Below, one piece after another: positions 17,396 to 27,284 of a DNA stretch of 32,000 nt. Each line of letters begins with the position of its first letter. Within the stretch, counting starts at the first letter, position 1. This DNA is from Candidatus Thalassarchaeaceae archaeon (GTDB lineage: Archaea > Thermoplasmatota > Poseidoniia > Poseidoniales > Thalassarchaeaceae): NCBI GenBank assembly GCA_045568075.1, contig JBJLBP010000001.1, positions 1,020,001-1,052,000 on the forward strand, read 5' to 3'. Made by a program: the position numbers and the translations under genes. The notes beneath the pieces are model-generated. The model ran no database searches. It was not told the DNA's origin and saw only the letters and a program-made list of their open reading frames with translations.

Positions 17396-18229
17396 TCAGT
17401 TTACTGAAACAATGCTTCTTCGCCACCTCAAGTAACCGTAGGCAGGTAGCGACCAGCAGGATACCGAGACCACCCATGCGACCAGTGAACCAGTGTACAA
17501 TCCGAACTCTTCCAAAGTTGTCATCGCAAGCAATGCATAGACACCAACAGAACCTCCTCCAAGCAACATTGGTGCGGCTGCTCCCCTCGGCACAGAGGAC
17601 TCTTGAGATATCCAAAGAGCCACCATAGACGTAAGGAAAATTGCTGGGAATACCGAGGCAATTCCAGCAAGCAATGAATAACCCAAATTAGCAATCCAAA
17701 CCGAAATTCCAATGGCAGTGGCGGCCATCAAACCTCTAGTAATCAACATCGATTTGCTTACCTTTTTCGTTCCAGGAGGTGTAGCACGTGGCCTCCAACC
17801 CAAAGAAAAACCCAAGATTGCGGTTAAGGCAACACCAGCAATCGCAATCTCTTGTGCGCTGAGGGAATTGCGTGCCTCATCGACAACAAGTATTGCTGAG
17901 GTTCCTGCTAATGACCAGATCAATAGAGAAACAAAGATTGTCGCCACTAACCCCTTGTTTGAGGATAGATTAGGTATCATCTCAGGAAAGTAAATCCATA
18001 CTGAAAGGAAGATGGCATTCGCCAACATACCTAGTGGTATTACCGAAAGGCTAGCCATCAAGTCAGCATTCTCTTGTGCCAGCGACATTCCAATTACTGC
18101 TGGAATGATTGTCGTTGGAACGGTCCCTATGACTCCGCCCACTAAACCACCATACCTCTCGATAAGCACCGTTACTAGCGTCGCAACTAAGCCAGCACCA
18201 ATTGCAGCCAGTAAGACCTGCTCGAGCAC
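17396..18229 (-). CDS. Hypothetical polytopic membrane protein (apparent two-repeat architecture)
   Basis: 277 aa, about 8 hydrophobic helices. The two halves share a pattern: GGLVGGVIGTVPTTIIPAVIGMSLAQ versus YSLLAGIASVFPAIFLTSMVALWISQ. No family assigned confidently. Confidence 0.6.
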   Translation of the reverse strand: MLEQVLLAAIGAGLVATLVTVLIERYGGLVGGVIGTVPTTIIPAVIGMSLAQENADLMASLSVIPLGMLANAIFLSVWIYFPEMIPNLSSNKGLVATIFVSLLIWSLAGTSAILVVDEARNSLSAQEIAIAGVALTAILGFSLGWRPRATPPGTKKVSKSMLITRGLMAATAIGISVWIANLGYSLLAGIASVFPAIFLTSMVALWISQESSVPRGAAAPMLLGGGSVGVYALLAMTTLEEFGLYTGSLVAWVVSVSCWSLPAYGYLRWRRSIVSVN

Positions 18230-18293
18230 AAATGTCTCAGAACCTCACGGCTCATAACAATGGGTTCTCGGTTGATTCAATCCAGGGATTGAT

Positions 18294-19817
18294 TCACCAA
18301 TTATGACCCAATGCTCTACGGACTACACGCTTTGCACTGACAACACCATTGTTGTGATATTGTAATCCTGAACGACACGCTTGGGTCCAGAATACATCTG
18401 AACAGTGAGAGTCTATTTCACGCCACACAGTGTTTCGATCGACCGAGTTCTCTAGATTGAAAATGGGTAATTTTGGCTCATACAATTTGACGATGGTCGA
18501 TTCATCCATTTGATTTGCTTTGAAATCGAGATAATTCTCAGTGTTGTAGACATATGTGATGAGATACTTAGCATCTAAATCACCCATCCTCGGCTTGATT
18601 GTGTTGGTAATGTAATACTTCCCAGTCGCCTCATTTTTGTGAGTTTGATGCAACCATGGGCGATTTCCGATATCTGAAAAGTCAGTGTGGAACAATACAT
18701 AGCAATCCATTTGATTCCACTTTTCCAGTTCTGTAATCAATAATTTGGGAGCTACAGTGTCAAGGAGAGGGCGGGCATGAGTTGGTTGTGTGGCCACGAT
18801 CACAGAATCGCAGGACCAATTTTCACCATCTGTCGACGTGATGGTCAAACTTCCATCAACCTCTCGCTCGATGTTTTCGACCTTCGTATTCAGATGTTGA
18901 GAGAAGCGTTCGTTGGACAATAAGTCGTCCCGCATTGCATGAATCAGCCTCCCATCCAGAACACTCCAACAGTCTTCCTTGTGTTTCGCTGTCTTGTCGC
19001 GGATGTCAATTATCAATGCATATTCAAAGATGAAACTTGCAAAGACATGAGCCGGCTGTCTATTTACATCTTCAAAGCGACACCAAGTGTTGATGCCAAC
19101 CCATGGCATGTAGAAATGGGTGAAAACGGTTGAATTCACCAAGCGCTTTCCAAGTACATCAGATACGCTTTTCGAAGATTCGGGGCGGAGCTTGTATTGG
19201 CGATATAATTTCCAGAAAATGATGAAGCCATCGAACAATTCCTTCAGAGTCGCTTCACGATAAATGAATTTCAAGAATCCACCTATCCCAGATCCCATCT
19301 TTGTGTTCAATTCACGATCTTCGAATACAATCGAACCCTTGAGATCCTCAAATTCGTGAGGGGTCTGTTCAATACCATATTCTCTGCAAAGATGCAGGTA
19401 GTGGGGTTGTTGAGCAGGTAGTGTGATGATGACTGTAGTCGAATGATGTTCACCGTTCTCTAAGTAAGGGTCATTGTTTCCTCCAACTATCTCTCGTTGC
19501 TCCAGTAAGGTCACATTACAGCCTGCACGAATTAGATATTTGGCGGCAGACAAGCCACTAATTCCCCCACCCACGACAATTACAGATTTTCCTTCTCCTC
19601 CATTTTCAGGCATGTCAATTGAACGGGCATCTTCTGCAAAGATACGTGCCGTAGACTTGGGGTGTTCATAGTTGAATATCCAAAAAGAGATTGAGAATAA
19701 CGCAAGTGCAGAAAGGAGTATTGCTGATTGATACTCAGGAAGTAGATACATTGTAATTGCAATCAATGAGATAAAAATCGCTAGTCGAAGTATTGTTCGG
19801 GGCAGAAATTTCGACAT
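18294..19817 (-). CDS. Membrane-anchored FAD/NAD(P)-binding oxidoreductase (amine-oxidase / COG2907-like)
   Basis: 507 aa. Two N-terminal hydrophobic helices are followed by the dinucleotide-binding motif VIVVGGGISGLSAAKYLIRAGCNVTLLEQREIVGGN. The substrate is unknown. Confidence 0.75.
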   Translation of the reverse strand: MSKFLPRTILRLAIFISLIAITMYLLPEYQSAILLSALALFSISFWIFNYEHPKSTARIFAEDARSIDMPENGGEGKSVIVVGGGISGLSAAKYLIRAGCNVTLLEQREIVGGNNDPYLENGEHHSTTVIITLPAQQPHYLHLCREYGIEQTPHEFEDLKGSIVFEDRELNTKMGSGIGGFLKFIYREATLKELFDGFIIFWKLYRQYKLRPESSKSVSDVLGKRLVNSTVFTHFYMPWVGINTWCRFEDVNRQPAHVFASFIFEYALIIDIRDKTAKHKEDCWSVLDGRLIHAMRDDLLSNERFSQHLNTKVENIEREVDGSLTITSTDGENWSCDSVIVATQPTHARPLLDTVAPKLLITELEKWNQMDCYVLFHTDFSDIGNRPWLHQTHKNEATGKYYITNTIKPRMGDLDAKYLITYVYNTENYLDFKANQMDESTIVKLYEPKLPIFNLENSVDRNTVWREIDSHCSDVFWTQACRSGLQYHNNGVVSAKRVVRRALGHNW

Positions 19818-19898
19818 GGACTAACCACCAGATATCGACATTAGGCCCTACATCTACGTATAAGCAGATGTTTAGCATCTAACAGAATAATCAGGGCG

Positions 19899-20297
19899 CT
19901 AAACGCTATTTTCAATGAAATTTAAGTCACCAGAAAGCCAAAACGCCATGAGAATTAACACAAACTGAGCAATTAATCGAAGAACGTGTGCTTTAGTTGA
20001 GAATGTCCTGCCATTGAAGGGCACATCATGAGTCCACATGTACAAATTTGCAGGATATACACCAATCAAAAACAGAGCTAAAAATCGACCAGCGATGATT
20101 CTGGTTTCCGGATATATAACGGCCAGACCTCCGACAATCTCCATGCCTCCTGAAATGTATATGAGAAGAAGTGGGAAAGGTAGGAAGGTGGGAACAATCT
20201 CGACAAATTTGGCCGGCTCTCTGAAATGAGTAATGCCAATCATGATGAAAGCAAAACCGTAAACGATTGCCACTAAATCCATCATATTCAATTTCAC
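19899..20297 (-). CDS. DoxX-like small membrane protein
   Basis: 132 aa with four hydrophobic helices. YISGGMEIVGGLAVIYPETR resembles the DoxX/DoxX-like family pattern as I remember it. Confidence 0.55.
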   Translation of the reverse strand: MKLNMMDLVAIVYGFAFIMIGITHFREPAKFVEIVPTFLPFPLLLIYISGGMEIVGGLAVIYPETRIIAGRFLALFLIGVYPANLYMWTHDVPFNGRTFSTKAHVLRLIAQFVLILMAFWLSGDLNFIENSV

Positions 20298-20336
20298 CTT
20301 GTTTGATCATACCGATGACTATTCGAGTTCAACGAG

Positions 20337-21908
20337 TCAAGAAGACCCGGCCCAAGTTCTAGGATGCAGTAGCACTAGCACTGTTAGGAGTTCAAGACGT
20401 CCGAGCCACATCAGTATAGTCGAGGCGAACATCGATAATGGACTCAAATCAGACCAAGTAGAGGCCGCAGTTGCAGGGCCAAAAGACCCCAAAGCGGGAC
20501 CGGTATTACCCAATAATGAGATAGAAACTGAGGCGACATCTGTCAGCGTTAAATTCGGTTCGAGGAAAGAAATAGTCAGCATCGAAGCGGTTACCAGCAC
20601 CATCCATGAACTCACCATTCCGAGAATAATCCAGATTCGGCTTTCATCCACCACATTTTGATTGAAGCGGATTGCCAACACCTTTCTTGGCTGAATAATT
20701 CGAATTACCTCACGCTTTGCTAACTCGAATGCAATTCTAATTCTTAGAACCTTCAAACCGCCACCAGTAGATCCAGCGCTGGCTCCAATTATCATTAGCA
20801 ACAGAAGGACAAATTGGCTGAATACTGGCCATTCAGAAAAATTAGCGCTAGAATATCCAGTACTAGATATTGAAATGGATTGGAAAAGAGAGTGTCTTAT
20901 CGATTCGCTGAATGTGTAATCTGTAGCTCTGCTGAGATTGAACGCCATAGCCAGCCAAGCTACGAAAAGAATTAGCAAAAATGCTCTCAATTCTTCATCC
21001 TTCCAAACTTCGCCCCATCGCCCTGATAAGGCGAAATATAGCAAACTGAAATTGATACAAGTTAGAAGCATGAATACCATGATTATTGATTCAATCAATG
21101 AATCATCAAAAGCCATTATTCCCAAATCACTAGTTGCGAAACCACCGGATGGCATTGTAGTAAGGGCGTAATTGATTGCATCAAAACCACCCATATCGGT
21201 TAACTGATACAAAGCGAGTCCTTCGATGATAGTCAGACCGATATAAATCGCCCAAAGTTTGCGAGCTGTTCCTTCGAGTGTGGTGCTAAGATTCGATACG
21301 GTGGGGCCGGTTAATTCAGCACGTGCTAATGCCATCCCCCCACCAAGCGCCTTAGAAAATATCAGCAATCCAAGCATAATCACTCCCATACCGCCAATCC
21401 ATTGTGAAAGAGAACGCCAAAGCAGTAAACTTCGGCGTTGTTCTCCTACACAATCACCATCGAATTCTCCAGCACAAATTGGACTAGTTGATGGATCAAT
21501 CATTGAAGCTCCAGTAGTAGTGAATCCCGACATAGATTCGAACCAAGCGTGTAAGGCTCCTGATAACATCTCAAGGAATGTTGCATTTCCATCAACAAAT
21601 TCGAATGGGCCATAGAACATTCCTCCTAACCAGAACGGAATTGCTCCGAGGAGAACTACAGGAGGCCAACCCAATGCTACTGCTGCGAAGGCTTCTCTAT
21701 CCCTGACACGACCACTTACTTCGTGACCACTAAATTTTGAGATTAACCATTGGCTTGCCCCGAAAGCGAGGACTAAGGCAATTGCATAGGTCTTGAATGC
21801 AAATTCCCAACCATCTACGTAAACAGAATAGGCTCCGACAACTGCTAATGGTATAGCAAAAATTCTCAGAGTCCAACCTATGACTAGGCCGATTACATCC
21901 CAGCGCAT
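20337..21908 (-). CDS. trkH: Trk-type potassium uptake protein, membrane subunit
   Basis: 523 aa, polytopic. Four pore-loop-like motifs: GFTTTGAS, MPSGGFATSD, SSTGYSS, LGNTGPALG. It starts 3 nt downstream of the trkA stop. Confidence 0.9.
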   Translation of the reverse strand: MRWDVIGLVIGWTLRIFAIPLAVVGAYSVYVDGWEFAFKTYAIALVLAFGASQWLISKFSGHEVSGRVRDREAFAAVALGWPPVVLLGAIPFWLGGMFYGPFEFVDGNATFLEMLSGALHAWFESMSGFTTTGASMIDPSTSPICAGEFDGDCVGEQRRSLLLWRSLSQWIGGMGVIMLGLLIFSKALGGGMALARAELTGPTVSNLSTTLEGTARKLWAIYIGLTIIEGLALYQLTDMGGFDAINYALTTMPSGGFATSDLGIMAFDDSLIESIIMVFMLLTCINFSLLYFALSGRWGEVWKDEELRAFLLILFVAWLAMAFNLSRATDYTFSESIRHSLFQSISISSTGYSSANFSEWPVFSQFVLLLLMIIGASAGSTGGGLKVLRIRIAFELAKREVIRIIQPRKVLAIRFNQNVVDESRIWIILGMVSSWMVLVTASMLTISFLEPNLTLTDVASVSISLLGNTGPALGSFGPATAASTWSDLSPLSMFASTILMWLGRLELLTVLVLLHPRTWAGSS

Positions 21909-21911
21909 GGC

Positions 21912-23366
21912 TCAACTCCCCAGAGCCTTCTCCAATCGTGCGAGGTCATCTAAGCGGAGGAACAACAGAACCTTGTCTCCAATTTGTAATGTATCGACTT
22001 CATTGGGATTCAAAATATGAGTTACACCATCTTCATCCTCATGCTCAACCATTACTATTCTACAACCTAGCTTAGATTCAGCATCCGAAATTGAACGCCC
22101 AACAACCTCTGCCTTTGCACTAAGAGATGCTGAAATTGAAATGATACCTGGCAATGATGGAATTACCTGATAGGTTCCGGGAACGTTCATGTGAATTGAT
22201 TTGAGGATTGAAATTACAGTTACGTGTCTTCGGCTAACCGGTCGAGTGAGACCGATGCGTTGGACCGCTTCAACCAGAGCCCTATCTTTGAGGATGAGGC
22301 CGGTTCGTGGAACTCCCTTGTCCTTAGCGCGCATCGAAATGGCGATGTTGAGATTGTCATCGGCTAGGGCTGCGATAGCGATATCTTGAGAATTGATACT
22401 GAGTTCTCTCAGCAATTCTCCGTCCTGAGGGTCACCGTGGATGACATCAAGCCGTTTGCTATTGCCAGTGCGTGATCCCACCAATTCGTTTGCAGCATCA
22501 AGGTCGGGCTCAATGACCACAACTTCTGCACCCTCACCCAGATAATGTCCGGCCAACTTCGTACCGAATTGGGTCGCCCCGAATATGGCTACCAACGGGT
22601 CTTCTGGCCATTCAGGGTCCTGCAGACCCGAACCCGTTGTTATCGTCAGGAATTCTTCGGTCGAACGAGCTACAAAACACAGTTTATCACCCTCTTGAAT
22701 GACCTCTGAGCCCGCTACCAGAGCTCCCCTTTCATCTCCCGAACGAATAGCGTAAACAGACGGGATATTGACTATCCAATCAGCGACCTCGCCCGTAGTT
22801 TTACCGATTAGAGCAGAATTCTGCATTACCTCGGCAACAGCGATCCAGGCGTTGTCACCTAACGGCAGGATTTCCTCGAGAGAAGGTGCGAGCAAGCCTG
22901 CCGCCAATTGCTTGACAATATCATCAGAAGCACACACTATGTGATCGGCGCGTGTCCATCTTTCGAGTGGTCCCGCGCCGCGATTCTTGTCGAGAAGAGT
23001 TGGATCACGAATCTTAGCGATCGTAGTCAGCCCACGCGTAGCACGATCTCCCACTTGCTCACTATACACACGTTTTGCAAAAGCACAACCGAGGAGGTTG
23101 ACTTCGTCATTATTTGTGCACAGAACCATGATTTCAGCGTCATTGATTCCTGCGCGTAGAAGAGAGTCTCGGGAAAGCGCATTTCCAGTCACTAAAAGAC
23201 AGTCCAAAGACTGTGATTCATTGATTGCAACAGGGTCAGGATCGATGAGGGCAACTTGTCTCTTTTCAGCCCTCAAGGAGGCTGCGACACCTCTGCCGAC
23301 TTCGCCGGCACCAGCGATAATGACACGCATTCTGCGCCGCTCCTTCGGCGGGGCGGCTATAATCAT
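21912..23366 (-). CDS. trkA: Trk system NAD-binding (RCK) subunit
   Basis: 484 aa. Two Rossmann-type N-domains (RVIIAGAGEVGRGVAASL and VAIFGATQFGTKLAGHYL), each followed by an RCK_C-like segment. Confidence 0.9.
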   Translation of the reverse strand: MIIAAPPKERRRMRVIIAGAGEVGRGVAASLRAEKRQVALIDPDPVAINESQSLDCLLVTGNALSRDSLLRAGINDAEIMVLCTNNDEVNLLGCAFAKRVYSEQVGDRATRGLTTIAKIRDPTLLDKNRGAGPLERWTRADHIVCASDDIVKQLAAGLLAPSLEEILPLGDNAWIAVAEVMQNSALIGKTTGEVADWIVNIPSVYAIRSGDERGALVAGSEVIQEGDKLCFVARSTEEFLTITTGSGLQDPEWPEDPLVAIFGATQFGTKLAGHYLGEGAEVVVIEPDLDAANELVGSRTGNSKRLDVIHGDPQDGELLRELSINSQDIAIAALADDNLNIAISMRAKDKGVPRTGLILKDRALVEAVQRIGLTRPVSRRHVTVISILKSIHMNVPGTYQVIPSLPGIISISASLSAKAEVVGRSISDAESKLGCRIVMVEHEDEDGVTHILNPNEVDTLQIGDKVLLFLRLDDLARLEKALGS

Positions 23367-23429
23367 GACTTCTTGCGAAGGCGTTAATGAATCATCAGAG
23401 GACTGCGAGGCTATTTGCGAGGGCTTTCC

Positions 23430-24224
23430 TCAATCTTCCTCAAAAACTCTCTCTCCGCGCACGCGGTCGACCGCCGCGCGCTCATGTCGGGGCGAACTTC
23501 TGAGGGTTCGACGATAGGCTTGAGCGGCTGCTGGAGTCATTCCTGAGAGCAGCCAGTGTGAGTGCGCCGGGAACCATGACCAAACGACAATAGGCGCTAT
23601 CAGGGCAAGGATGAACGGGTTGAATACCGCAAGAACTGTGCTGAGGATAAGGATGGCCCTGAACAGCGCGCTGGTGAAGAATGTCCGGGCGCGATCGTGC
23701 TCAATTATTTTCGAACCTTGCCAAGAAGCGATGGATGCGTGGCCGATGCATGCGGTGAGGGTAATAGCACACGCGAGGATGATGTTGAGAGGATCAAATC
23801 CAGTAGTCCCCTCCCATACATTCGGATCAAATATGCGTACGTTCAGATGAGCAGAGCGCATTGCACCAAATCCCAGCCCAAGAGTCCAACCAAATGGTGC
23901 ACTGGCTCGTAGTCCAACTGTTCGTGGACGACCTAGCAGGAATAGAGCGAATGCAGATTCGGCCATCCCGATGACCAGTGCAATTATCGAAACCTCGAAG
24001 ATATTGACCGAAGCCTCGCGAATATTTGCGAGAATTAGGGCATCGATTAGAGAAGCGGCGAGGACTCCGGCTACGAGTCCGAAAAGTAGTGTCTTCACCG
24101 CACCCGAGAGGTCGTAAAATCCAGTCATTCGAGCGATGGTCCCTCGCCATCCGACGTAGATTCCGAGTAAGCCTATGGCGAATGCAAGTTGCATCTCCCA
24201 CATTGCAATGGGAACCTCCGCCAT
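23430..24224 (-). CDS. Hypothetical polytopic membrane protein
   Basis: 264 aa, about 7 hydrophobic helices and a basic C-terminal tail. I looked for CAAX/PrsW, rhomboid and presenilin-type protease motifs and found none convincing. Confidence 0.55.
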   Translation of the reverse strand: MAEVPIAMWEMQLAFAIGLLGIYVGWRGTIARMTGFYDLSGAVKTLLFGLVAGVLAASLIDALILANIREASVNIFEVSIIALVIGMAESAFALFLLGRPRTVGLRASAPFGWTLGLGFGAMRSAHLNVRIFDPNVWEGTTGFDPLNIILACAITLTACIGHASIASWQGSKIIEHDRARTFFTSALFRAILILSTVLAVFNPFILALIAPIVVWSWFPAHSHWLLSGMTPAAAQAYRRTLRSSPRHERAAVDRVRGERVFEED

Positions 24225-24374
24225 GTTCCGCCCACGCCGCTCCCGCTTTCAGTGCAACGCACGAGGAGGAGCGTAATTGCTGGATTCCAGCGCTGAGGAT
24301 GAAGTGTCGCAGACGCTCAGCGCCGCGATTTGCAACCAATAACGTTCAAACCACACGCTTCGGACCCACAAGTC

Positions 24375-25730
24375 ATGGCACTCGAGGGTCTGAAGCGTAA
24401 GATCCTCGGCTCCGTCGGCCTGCTCAAGGGCAAGAGGGAGATAGACGAGGAATCGGTACGTGAATTGTCTCGCACCCTTAGACGAGCCCTTCTAGAGGCT
24501 GATTTCAATGTCAGACAGGCCAAGGAGCTGACTGAGCGTATCGAAACCCGGCTGATGGAAGAAGAAGCTCGTCCAGGCGTCAAACTCGAAACTCACGCGA
24601 TGAATCTGATTTACACCGAACTGGTCCGCTTGCTCGGTCCCGCTCGCGAAATCAAGCCGCACAATGAGACTGTCTTGATGGTCGGTCTCTACGGTCAAGG
24701 TAAGACCACGACGACCGCTAAGGTTGCTGAGTGGTGGCGCCGAAAGCACGGCGTCAAAGTAGCCGTTATCGAGGCTGATGTCCATCGACCTGGTGCTTAC
24801 GCCCAACTGCAACAACTCCTCGAAGACTCGCCCGTCGAAGTCTACGGAGAACCAGACGAGACTGACGCTGTAAAAATCGTCCGAAATGGAATCAAGGCCG
24901 TCGGTACAGCCGACGTTCTGATTATCGATACTGCCGGCCGCGATAGTCTCGATGAAGAATTACGTGAGGAACTCGTTCGTATCGCAGAAATCGCCAACGC
25001 TACCGAGCGGTTTCTGGTAATCGATGCGCAAGTCGGCCAAGCTGCCGGCCCTGTTGCACAAACCTTCCACGAATTGGTCGGTGTCACCGGGACCGTCGTC
25101 ACAAAACTCGACGGAACTGCTCGTGGAGGCGGCGCACTCAGTGCTGTCGCCGTCACCGGTGCGCCGATTGTCTTTGTCGGAGAGGGCGAGCGTGTAGGGG
25201 ACCTCGAGAAGTTCGAATCAGACAGATTCATCTCTCGACTTCTCGGTATGGGCGATATTCAAGGTCTGATCGACCTAGCTCCTGAAGACCTCGATCAAGA
25301 AGAGGCGATGCGACTCACTCAGAGGCTGATGTCAGGTCGGTTTACCCTCAGAGATATGTACACTCAGATGGAAATGATGAGTCGAATCGGAACAGTCGAT
25401 CGCATCCTTTCTCACCTGCCTGATGGGATGTTTGGCATGGGTGCGATGTCCGCAGGTCAGAAGAAGCAGATGCAAGCAAATCTTGCAAAGTATCGGGTGA
25501 TTATGGATTCCATGACACAGCAAGAAAAGGACGAGCCACTACTCCTAAAATCGCAACGAATTCGACGTATTGCTCGAGGTTCAGGCACCACTGAAAAGGA
25601 CGTAAAAGAACTACTCAACCAATGGAATCGCAGTCGAAAAATGATGCGCGGAATGAAGGGCGATAGGCGCATGAGGAAGCAGATGAAATCGATGATGGAT
25701 GTCGATGATCTTGACCTTGATATGGGGTGA
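24375..25730 (+). CDS. srp54: Signal recognition particle 54 kDa protein
   Basis: GTPase motifs GLYGQGKTTTTAKVA, IIDTAGR and TKLDGTARGGGALS, plus a Met-rich C-terminal M domain. The track ORF begins at 24330. The ATG at 24375 (MALEGLKRKILGS) matches the usual SRP54 N-terminus better. Confidence 0.95.
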   Translation: MALEGLKRKILGSVGLLKGKREIDEESVRELSRTLRRALLEADFNVRQAKELTERIETRLMEEEARPGVKLETHAMNLIYTELVRLLGPAREIKPHNETVLMVGLYGQGKTTTTAKVAEWWRRKHGVKVAVIEADVHRPGAYAQLQQLLEDSPVEVYGEPDETDAVKIVRNGIKAVGTADVLIIDTAGRDSLDEELREELVRIAEIANATERFLVIDAQVGQAAGPVAQTFHELVGVTGTVVTKLDGTARGGGALSAVAVTGAPIVFVGEGERVGDLEKFESDRFISRLLGMGDIQGLIDLAPEDLDQEEAMRLTQRLMSGRFTLRDMYTQMEMMSRIGTVDRILSHLPDGMFGMGAMSAGQKKQMQANLAKYRVIMDSMTQQEKDEPLLLKSQRIRRIARGSGTTEKDVKELLNQWNRSRKMMRGMKGDRRMRKQMKSMMDVDDLDLDMG

Positions 25731-26325
25731 AAATCTGCAACGGCGATTCGCCATCATTGGTCATCTAGCGCCAAGTTCAGGCAAGTTAAATCTCAATGAT
25801 TTAGCAGGAGGTGCGGGCCGGATGGACGTGCTCGTAAGGGCAGTAAATGCGGCTCTTTTTGTCTCGCACGGAATTCGACGAGATACGCACGTTACACTCC
25901 TCCTTTGCGGCGGCCCTGGGCCTGATAGGAGGATTTGGTTCAATGGTGAGACGCTCGCCGGCGTTAGGCCGGATGAGCGGTCGATTGCCGGTCAAATCAA
26001 GGCGATTCTCAAACGTCCCGTTCCGCCAATCGGTACATTTGATGAAGTCACACAAGGCATTTTCGACACTGGTGGAGGACTTGCTGAAACCCTTACTGAA
26101 TGGGACAGAGAAGGAGTTCAATTGCACGTTCTCGATGCTGATGGAAAAGCTCTTGATTCCGTAGTTGAAAGTGAACGAATTGGCTTTTTACTATCTGACC
26201 ACTTACCCTTTACTGAAACAGAAATTCAGATGACTGCGGGGCTACCACGAGTCAGTTTGGGTGCTGATTGGTTGCAAGGTCATGCCTGCGTGACAATCGT
26301 TCATCACGGACTTGATTCGCGGTGA
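25699..26325 (+). CDS. trmY: tRNA (pseudouridine54-N1)-methyltransferase TrmY
   Basis: LNDLAGGAGRMDVLVRAVNAALFVSHGIRRD, RPDERSIAGQIKA, LLSDH and HACVTIVHHGLD match the Mj1640/COG1901 SPOUT family. The start is uncertain: the track start overlaps srp54 by 32 nt, and in-frame ATG/TTG codons follow at 25705, 25711 and 25717. Confidence 0.85.
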   Translation: MSMILTLIWGENLQRRFAIIGHLAPSSGKLNLNDLAGGAGRMDVLVRAVNAALFVSHGIRRDTHVTLLLCGGPGPDRRIWFNGETLAGVRPDERSIAGQIKAILKRPVPPIGTFDEVTQGIFDTGGGLAETLTEWDREGVQLHVLDADGKALDSVVESERIGFLLSDHLPFTETEIQMTAGLPRVSLGADWLQGHACVTIVHHGLDSR

Positions 26326-26326
26326 A

Positions 26327-27259
26327 TCATTCCTCGAGCCAGAAGGGTAAGCCATTTGTCGTGGGCGTGGTGGCTGCAGTTAGAAGGCGCTGTGAAATAC
26401 CCAGAGGGTGATTCACCGGCCAACAGGAGAGTGGCGTTATTGCAACCGCTCCATCATTGACTGCATTGCAGTCTGTATCCGGAATATCTTCGTCTTCAAT
26501 GCGAGCGGCACCGACTTTGTAGGCAACACCGTGATTTTCGGTGTTTGACATATCGATTGCGTTGTGATACCAACGCGAACCAAGAGATACAGTACGGAAT
26601 CCGTTGGTCCAAGTCTCGGGTGCGTTGATGTTCAACATCAAATCACCATTACGGAATGAATCGATGATTAGCTCGCGCTCATCTTCTCCTTTGGGTTGGG
26701 TACGTGAGCCATTTGGCCGAAGCAGATTAGTTGCTTCCTGTGGCAGAATACGTATAGCCGCCTCGACCACTTCGATAGTCGCTTCAACGGATGATTCGAA
26801 ATCGCTGTGCTTGTAGGTTGAGAGGCTCGTAGCAATCGCAGGCATTCCGTAGAGGCCTGCTTCGCGAGCGGCGGAAACTGTACCTGAATGCATGACGTCG
26901 ACTGAAAGATTCGGACCTTGATTAACGCCGGAGACGCAGAGAGCCGGCTTCATCTCCGGCGCCCAATGAGCTAATCCTCCATCGATCGCAACGATGGCGC
27001 AATCGCATGGAGTGCCATCCAGAGAAAACATTCGCAAAGGCGGGCCATCAGAACTGCCTAGGTCAGTTGCAAGATCTGTGCGCTCGACAAATTTCAGATC
27101 ATGACGAAGAGAAAGACGCATTCCGGATGCTGATTGCTCATCCGCAGGAGCCATTACAACAATTGGAAAACCGCTCTGGTGAAGCCCCCGAATCAAAGCA
27201 TGTAAGCCAGGAGCTTCAATCCCGTCATCATTGGTCAGGAATAAACATGGACGAGACAT
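26327..27259 (-). CDS. surE: 5'/3'-nucleotidase SurE
   Basis: LFLTNDDGIEAPGL, SGVNQGPNLSVDVMHSGTVSAAREA and LNINAP. The track ORF extends to 27322 and would overlap the upstream EamA gene. The ATG at 27259 (MSRPCLFLTNDDG) gives the canonical N-terminus and removes that overlap. Confidence 0.9.
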   Translation of the reverse strand: MSRPCLFLTNDDGIEAPGLHALIRGLHQSGFPIVVMAPADEQSASGMRLSLRHDLKFVERTDLATDLGSSDGPPLRMFSLDGTPCDCAIVAIDGGLAHWAPEMKPALCVSGVNQGPNLSVDVMHSGTVSAAREAGLYGMPAIATSLSTYKHSDFESSVEATIEVVEAAIRILPQEATNLLRPNGSRTQPKGEDERELIIDSFRNGDLMLNINAPETWTNGFRTVSLGSRWYHNAIDMSNTENHGVAYKVGAARIEDEDIPDTDCNAVNDGAVAITPLSCWPVNHPLGISQRLLTAATTPTTNGLPFWLEE

Positions 27260-27284
27260 GGTCCGCCCACCCACCGGGAGTACA

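Noticed and set aside
22987-23517. 176-aa plus-strand ORF across the trkA 5' end and the neighbouring membrane gene 3' end
   Set aside because: It is antisense to two well-supported genes. Its Arg/Ser-rich composition has no recognisable domain.
24290-24323. 8-bp inverted repeat GCGCTGAG...CTCAGCGC (18-nt loop) upstream of srp54
   Set aside because: It is an isolated short palindrome in a GC-rich spacer with no second copy or recognisable operator pattern, so it could arise by chance.
23827-24339. 170-aa minus-strand ORF in an alternative frame of the 264-aa membrane gene
   Set aside because: It is an Arg-rich, non-hydrophobic out-of-frame product. The overlapping 264-aa frame encodes a coherent set of TM helices.
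25699-25730. 32-nt overlap between srp54 and trmY, and 29-nt head-to-head overlap of gmhA with the archaeosortase ORF (6789..6817)
   Set aside because: Both most likely come from the ORF track taking the longest ORF, since downstream in-frame start codons remove or shrink the overlaps. I do not treat them as genuine overlapping genes.
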